This document shows, piece by piece, positions 59,407-64,000 of a DNA stretch of 64,000 nt. How positions within the stretch are numbered: the first letter of the stretch is position 1; every line of letters starts with the position of its first letter. Under the pieces are notes generated by a model that was not told the DNA's origin, searched no databases, and saw nothing but the letters and a program-made list of their open reading frames with translations. Made by a program: the position numbers and the translations under genes. Source of the stretch: Actinomycetota bacterium (GTDB taxonomy: Bacteria; Actinomycetota; UBA4738; HRBIN12); the NCBI GenBank assembly GCA_040902745.1, contig JBBDWR010000019.1, positions 1,156-65,155 of the forward strand. The letters run 5' to 3'.

Positions 59407-60854
59407 CTAGGTCGTCGGTTGCTGCGATCCGCGCGCGACCTTCGCTTCGCGCCGAACGATGTCGATCGCCTCCTCGATCCGATCCCGGTGTGTACGGAAC
59501 GAGAGGATCGCCATCCTGAGCACGAAGGCGTCGTCGACGAGCGTGCTGGAAAGGAACACCCGTTCGGAGCCGTTGATCCGATCCAGGAACGCGCGACCGG
59601 CTTCGGACGGATCCCTGCCGCCATCGTGGGCCAGCCGGAACCCGACGATCGACAGATCCGGCTTCCAGGGAACGTGCAGAAGAGGTTCCGCGGCCAGCGC
59701 CGCGTGCGCGAACTCCGCGAGGTCCAGCTTCTCGTCCAGGGCATCGCGGAACGCGGCGACCCCGTGCAACTGCAACGGCAGCCAGACGCGCAAGCCGCGG
59801 AAGTCTCGAGAAAGTTCCGGCGAGTACTCCGAGTAACTCGGGAGCACCTCTCCCCCGGCGACCAGATCCTGGAGATAGTCGGCCCCCGCCGTCGAGTGCG
59901 CCTGCCGCAGCAACGACGCGTCCCGAACGATCAACGAACCCGTGCCATAGGGCAGGAACAACCCCTTGTGCGGGTCGAGGGTGATCGAGTCCGCGCGTTC
60001 GATCCCCTGCAATCGCGCCCGCCCCGTTCGGTGAGTTGGAAGAACCCGCCGTAGGCCGCGTCGACGTGCAGCCACAGGCGCTCGCGCTCGCACAGTTGGG
60101 CCACCGCCACGATCGGATCCACCGCGCCCGTGTTCGTCGTGCCCGCGTTCGCAACGACGCAGAACGGAGTCCGTCCCGCAGCCCGGTCTCGGCCGATCGC
60201 CTCCGCGAGCGCGTCCACGTTCAGGCGTAGCTCCGGCGTCACGGCGACGCGGACGACGTTGGATCCGGGGAACCCGGCGATCTTCGCGGCCTTCGCGACG
60301 GACGCATGGGCTTGCTCGGACACGTAGATCGTGCCGCTGAGGAAGTCGGCGGGCAATCGCGCGGACCGCGCGGTGACGATCGCCGAGAGATTCGCCATCG
60401 ACCCGCCCGTCGTCAGGATGCCGCCCGACGCGGGTCCGAGCCCGAACAGATCGCACAGCCAGCGGAGGACATCGGTCTCCATCTGCACGAAGACCGGGGC
60501 GGTGCTCGCAAGGTTCACGAACCGATTGACTCCCGACGCGAGGAACGTCGCCAGCGCTGCCGAGTACAGCCCACCGCCGGGGATGTAGGCGAGGTAGCCG
60601 GGACCCGCCGGCTCGAGCGCATGGGCTGCGCCCCGCGCGACATCGTTCAGCACCCCGGCGAAGGTTCTGCCTTCCTCCGGCGGGGAACCGTGGAGGGAAG
60701 CCGCCACCTCCAAGGCATCCTGCACAGCGCCGGCCGCCGACGCGTCGGGAAGGGAGTCGATGAATCGCGTGAGGTACTCGACCGCGGCTGCGCCCATCTC
60801 GCGCATCTGATCGGCCGACGGCTCCAAGCCGAACGCGCCCGTCGCCGTGGGCAC
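59407..60854 (-). CDS. Group II PLP-dependent (aromatic amino acid/glutamate-type) decarboxylase; single-base frameshift near 60022-60025
   Basis: TTGGSMAN, AHAS, AGTTNTG and HVDAAYGG in the 59931..60854 frame; DSITLDPHK and LSRDFRGL in the 59407 frame; adding one G to a G4 run restores ERGRARLQGIE. Confidence 0.85.
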
Positions 60855-60866
60855 GACCGAGCCGCC

Positions 60867-61097
60867 TCAGGAAGCGGCCGGGTCGACCGGTCGCGAGCGG
60901 AGCGGCGGCAGCACCTCGAGCAGATCGCTCGTAGCCTCGGCGACGCGATCCACGGCTGCCTCGAACGCGGCCGGATCACGGGCGGGAGGCGTCCGGAACC
61001 CGCTCACCTTGCGCACGTACTGCAGGGCGGCCTCGCGGACCTCGTCCTCGCTGGTCGGTCCGTCGGGAGTTCGCAGGCGCTTGATACTGCGGCACAT
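60867..61097 (-). CDS. DUF2277 family protein
   Basis: MCRSIKRLR...EVREAALQYVRKVSGF. Confidence 0.85.
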   Translation of the reverse strand: MCRSIKRLRTPDGPTSEDEVREAALQYVRKVSGFRTPPARDPAAFEAAVDRVAEATSDLLEVLPPLRSRPVDPAAS

Positions 61098-61180
61098 CGT
61101 CGGGTCATCCTAGGCGCTCCGGGCCCGTTCGACCTCTCACCCAACCGCATGCCCGTTCCGAGGTGGAACACTGTCTGCCC

Positions 61181-62209
61181 GTGACAACCGAACCGAGACC
61201 GACGACGCGCTTCACCGGGCCCGGCTGGGTCGCTCCGGGTGTCGTGCTCGCGGCGGCACCGTGGACGTGGTTCCTGCTGCGTGACATGACGCCGATCATG
61301 GACGTCGCCGCCGTCGCGCTTCCGCTGATGGCATCGGCCGCCGGGTGCGCAGCCGCGGTCGTCGCCGGCGTGCGTCGCTCCCCGCTGCCGACTCTGGTGG
61401 CGGCGTCGTTCGCGGCGTTCACGCTCGTGGCCGTCCTGGGCCCACGGGTGCCGATCCGCGACGAGGCGCCGGTGCGGCCGGTGCGTCTCGCCTCGGCGAA
61501 CGTCTACGAACGCAACCGGAACGAAGGGTCTGCTCGGGCCCTGCTCGACCAAGGAGCCGACGTGTTGGTGGTGATCGAGGGGGCTCCCGCGATCGGGGAT
61601 GGGCTCGCGGGAGCCTATCCGTATCTGATCCAGGAGGGCTTCCTTTCGGTGCGTTCGTCCTTCCCTGCGCGCGAGCTTTCTTCCGGCGCCGCGCTGAACG
61701 GAGCCCGGCTCTTGCGGGTTCGCATCTGGGGTCCGTCGGGTCCGTTCGTCTTGTACGCGCTCCACTCGCTGAACCCGCTCTACGACGCCGCGTTCGATGC
61801 GCAGCTCGGGTTCCTCCAGGACCTGCTCGGGCGGATCGAGCGGGAGAGCCAGCCCGTGGTCATCGCGGGCGACTTCAACATGAGCGACCGAAGCCAGGGA
61901 TACCGCCTCGTGACGGGATCGTTGAACGATGCGATGCGAGCGGGGTGGGCGCGTTCGACCTACTCGAGCGGACCGTGGCAGGTGCTCTTTCTGCGGATCG
62001 ACTACATCTTCACGACCCCGTCCTGGTGCGCCGCCGACGCCGTTCGTTTCGACGTCCCGGGGTCCGACCACGAGGGAGTGGCGACGACGATCGGACCCTG
62101 CCCCGGCGTCCCGATCCCCGAGGCCCCAACCACCGACACGCCGCCGCCTCCGTCGTCGTCGTCGCCGTCGTCGTCGTCCAGCACGACGCCATCGGCCGCG
62201 ACGCCCTAG
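61181..62209 (+). CDS. Membrane-anchored endonuclease/exonuclease/phosphatase family protein
   Basis: SANV, VIE, AGDFN, RIDYIF, GSDH; N-terminal TM segments. Confidence 0.85.
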   Translation: MTTEPRPTTRFTGPGWVAPGVVLAAAPWTWFLLRDMTPIMDVAAVALPLMASAAGCAAAVVAGVRRSPLPTLVAASFAAFTLVAVLGPRVPIRDEAPVRPVRLASANVYERNRNEGSARALLDQGADVLVVIEGAPAIGDGLAGAYPYLIQEGFLSVRSSFPARELSSGAALNGARLLRVRIWGPSGPFVLYALHSLNPLYDAAFDAQLGFLQDLLGRIERESQPVVIAGDFNMSDRSQGYRLVTGSLNDAMRAGWARSTYSSGPWQVLFLRIDYIFTTPSWCAADAVRFDVPGSDHEGVATTIGPCPGVPIPEAPTTDTPPPPSSSSPSSSSSTTPSAATP

Positions 62210-63807
62210 GAGCGCTTGAGGTCCGAGAGGATCTCTCGCGCCGCGTTGGCGCCCGGCCCGCCGGTGACACCGCCGCCCGGATGCGCACCCGAGCCGGCGA
62301 GGAAGACACCGGGGATCGCGAACCGATAGCGAGCATGCCCCAGCAGGGGGCGCCACGCGAAGAAGTCATCCAATCCGGGCTCACCGTGATAGACGTGACC
62401 GCCCGTGAGCCCAACCTCTCGCTCGAGGTCGCGAGGCGTGCGGACCCGGCGTGCGACCACCAGCTCCCCCAGTCCCGGGGCGTAGCGCTCGAGCGTCTTG
62501 ACCGTGATCTCCGCGAGGCGGTCTTCCTCGATCTCCCAGTCGCCGTCGCGAAGATCGTACGGTGCCGACTGGAACAACACGCTCATCACGTGATGACCGT
62601 CCGGAGCGAGACCCGGATCGTTGAGTGTCGGGATCGTGACCTCGAGCATCGGATCCTCACAGATGCGCCCGTACTTCCAGGCATCGGCCGCCTTCTCGAG
62701 GTAGTCGATCCCGAGCGAGATCACGATGCGGCCTTGTAGCTGGTCCGGATCGGCACCGTTGAACTTCGGCATGCCGGCGAGGGCGAGATCCACCTTCGCC
62801 GTGGCGCCCGGTGTGCGGATGTTCCCCCCGCGCCAAACGAGCTCGGGACCCAGGACGACAGGGTCGATCAGCCGCGTGAGCGTCTGCTTCGGGTCACAGG
62901 CGGTGACGACCGCGTGCGCCGATATCTCCTCGCCACTGGCGAGCACGACCCCGGTCGCGCGACCGCCCGCGTCGGTCGAGATCGACGCGACCTCGGCGCC
63001 CGTCCTGATCTCGGCCCCGAACACCGTCGCGGAGCGGGCCAGTGCGTCGGCGAGCGCCCCCGAACCGCCCTTGGCGAACGTGCTCTGTCCCGCGATACCG
63101 CCGTCGTTTCCGGCGGAGTCGTTGAGCAGCACCGCGGCGGAACCCGCGGCCCACGAGCCCATCGCCGTGTACAACACGGCGCGCGCCGCCAGCGCTCCGG
63201 CGACGGGGTCTGATTCGGGCTCCTCGCCGACGCCCTCGCGGATGAAGTCCGCGACCGCCATCGGCAGCGCGCGCGTGGCCTCGCGACCGGCCTTGGCTCC
63301 GAGTCCCTTGAACGCCTTCCCGAGCTTGAGCCCCGTGATCGCGTCGGCGATCGAAGGGGTCTGCACATCGGGGGGGGTGGCGGCGTTGACGTGCGCCAGA
63401 AAGCTCGCGAGCGCGCGCACCCGCTTGTCGAACGCGACGTAGCGGTCCGCCGCCTTGGGGAAAGCCGATCGCAGTCGGTCCGCGGTCTTTGCGGCATCGG
63501 CCCAGAACGTGATGCCGCTGCCGTCGGGCTGCGGAGCGAACACGCGGACCTCGGGAGTGAGCAACTCGAGACCCTGTTGCTCGAGCTTGAGGTCGGCGAT
63601 CACCGAACGGCGCAGACGGCCGACCGTGTGCGCCACACCGGGAGCGGTGAACCCCTCGGCCAGCTCGACGTTCGCCAGGATCCCGCCGACGCGGTCGGCC
63701 CGCTCCACCACGAGCACCTTTCGCCGGCCCTTGGCGAGGTACGCCGCCGCGACCAAACCGTTGTGCCCTCCCCCGACGACGATCGCGTCGTAGCGCGTGG
63801 CCATCAC
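62206..63807 (-). CDS. Phytoene-dehydrogenase-like FAD oxidoreductase (PYROXD2-like)
   Basis: VGGGHNGLVAAAYLA, TPRDLE, GGHVYHGE, GAHPGGGVTG. Confidence 0.88.
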   Translation of the reverse strand: MMATRYDAIVVGGGHNGLVAAAYLAKGRRKVLVVERADRVGGILANVELAEGFTAPGVAHTVGRLRRSVIADLKLEQQGLELLTPEVRVFAPQPDGSGITFWADAAKTADRLRSAFPKAADRYVAFDKRVRALASFLAHVNAATPPDVQTPSIADAITGLKLGKAFKGLGAKAGREATRALPMAVADFIREGVGEEPESDPVAGALAARAVLYTAMGSWAAGSAAVLLNDSAGNDGGIAGQSTFAKGGSGALADALARSATVFGAEIRTGAEVASISTDAGGRATGVVLASGEEISAHAVVTACDPKQTLTRLIDPVVLGPELVWRGGNIRTPGATAKVDLALAGMPKFNGADPDQLQGRIVISLGIDYLEKAADAWKYGRICEDPMLEVTIPTLNDPGLAPDGHHVMSVLFQSAPYDLRDGDWEIEEDRLAEITVKTLERYAPGLGELVVARRVRTPRDLEREVGLTGGHVYHGEPGLDDFFAWRPLLGHARYRFAIPGVFLAGSGAHPGGGVTGGPGANAAREILSDLKRS

Positions 63808-64000
63808 GCCACCGCCTTGGAGCGCTTCGACCCGTTGCGCATGCCGGCCTTGTTGGCCTTGAGCACCTCAAGCGCGGCGATGCGACCCGAAGCGCCCATG
63901 ATGCCGCCGCCCGGGTGCGTGGCCGCTCCGCACAGCCACAGATCTTTGACCGGCGTCTCGTAGCGCGCCCAACCGGGCACCGGACGATTGAAGAACAACT
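63804..64000 (-). CDS. Second phytoene-dehydrogenase-like oxidoreductase, C-terminal part only
   Basis: FFNRPVPGWARYETPVKDLWLCGAATHPGGGIMGASG; ATGA overlap with the next gene. Confidence 0.82.
   Translation of the reverse strand, partial: LFFNRPVPGWARYETPVKDLWLCGAATHPGGGIMGASGRIAALEVLKANKAGMRNGSKRSKAVA

Noticed and set aside
60015-60030. Programmed frameshift in the PLP decarboxylase
   Set aside because: A single missing G in a G4 homopolymer restores the protein; typical sequencing error, with no slippery heptamer or stimulator seen
62135-62200. TCG-rich microsatellite
   Set aside because: Encodes a Pro/Ser low-complexity tail of the EEP protein and overlaps a convergent gene end region
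62206-64000. Carotenoid biosynthesis cluster
   Set aside because: The tandem PYROXD2-like pair lacks neighbouring crtB/crtE in view; such pairs are commonly non-carotenoid

Overview
High-GC bacterial chromosomal segment, almost certainly from an Actinomycetota member. The basis is the conserved mec-cysO-cysM-murI-MBL-rph-rdgB block, an InhA-like FabI, a DesA desaturase, a DUF222-HNH gene, and many leaderless TANNNT promoters; the lineage may be deep-branching (inference). About 55 genes are recognisable by motif. They include a KhtT/KhtU antiporter, an ECF sigma/zf-HC2 anti-sigma/ABC operon, a 1452-aa Ca-binding repeat surface protein, two orphan histidine kinases, Lon, MoxR-DUF58-transglutaminase, agmatinase, an Opu-type ABC transporter and a PLP decarboxylase. 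No rRNA, tRNA, CRISPR array, integrase or transposase was seen. Main leads: (1) a selenophosphate synthetase (SelD) sitting directly ahead of the ubiquitin-like sulfur-carrier cysteine pathway, in which MoeB lacks its rhodanese domain and CysO ends GG-C-UGA in frame with CysM; (2) a candidate ~220-nt structured ncRNA with a sigma28-like promoter and a terminator; (3) a HAD phosphatase fused to a FAM151/menorin-like domain; (4) a cluster of gene remnants carrying internal deletions. All assignments come from reading motifs by eye; no database searches were run.
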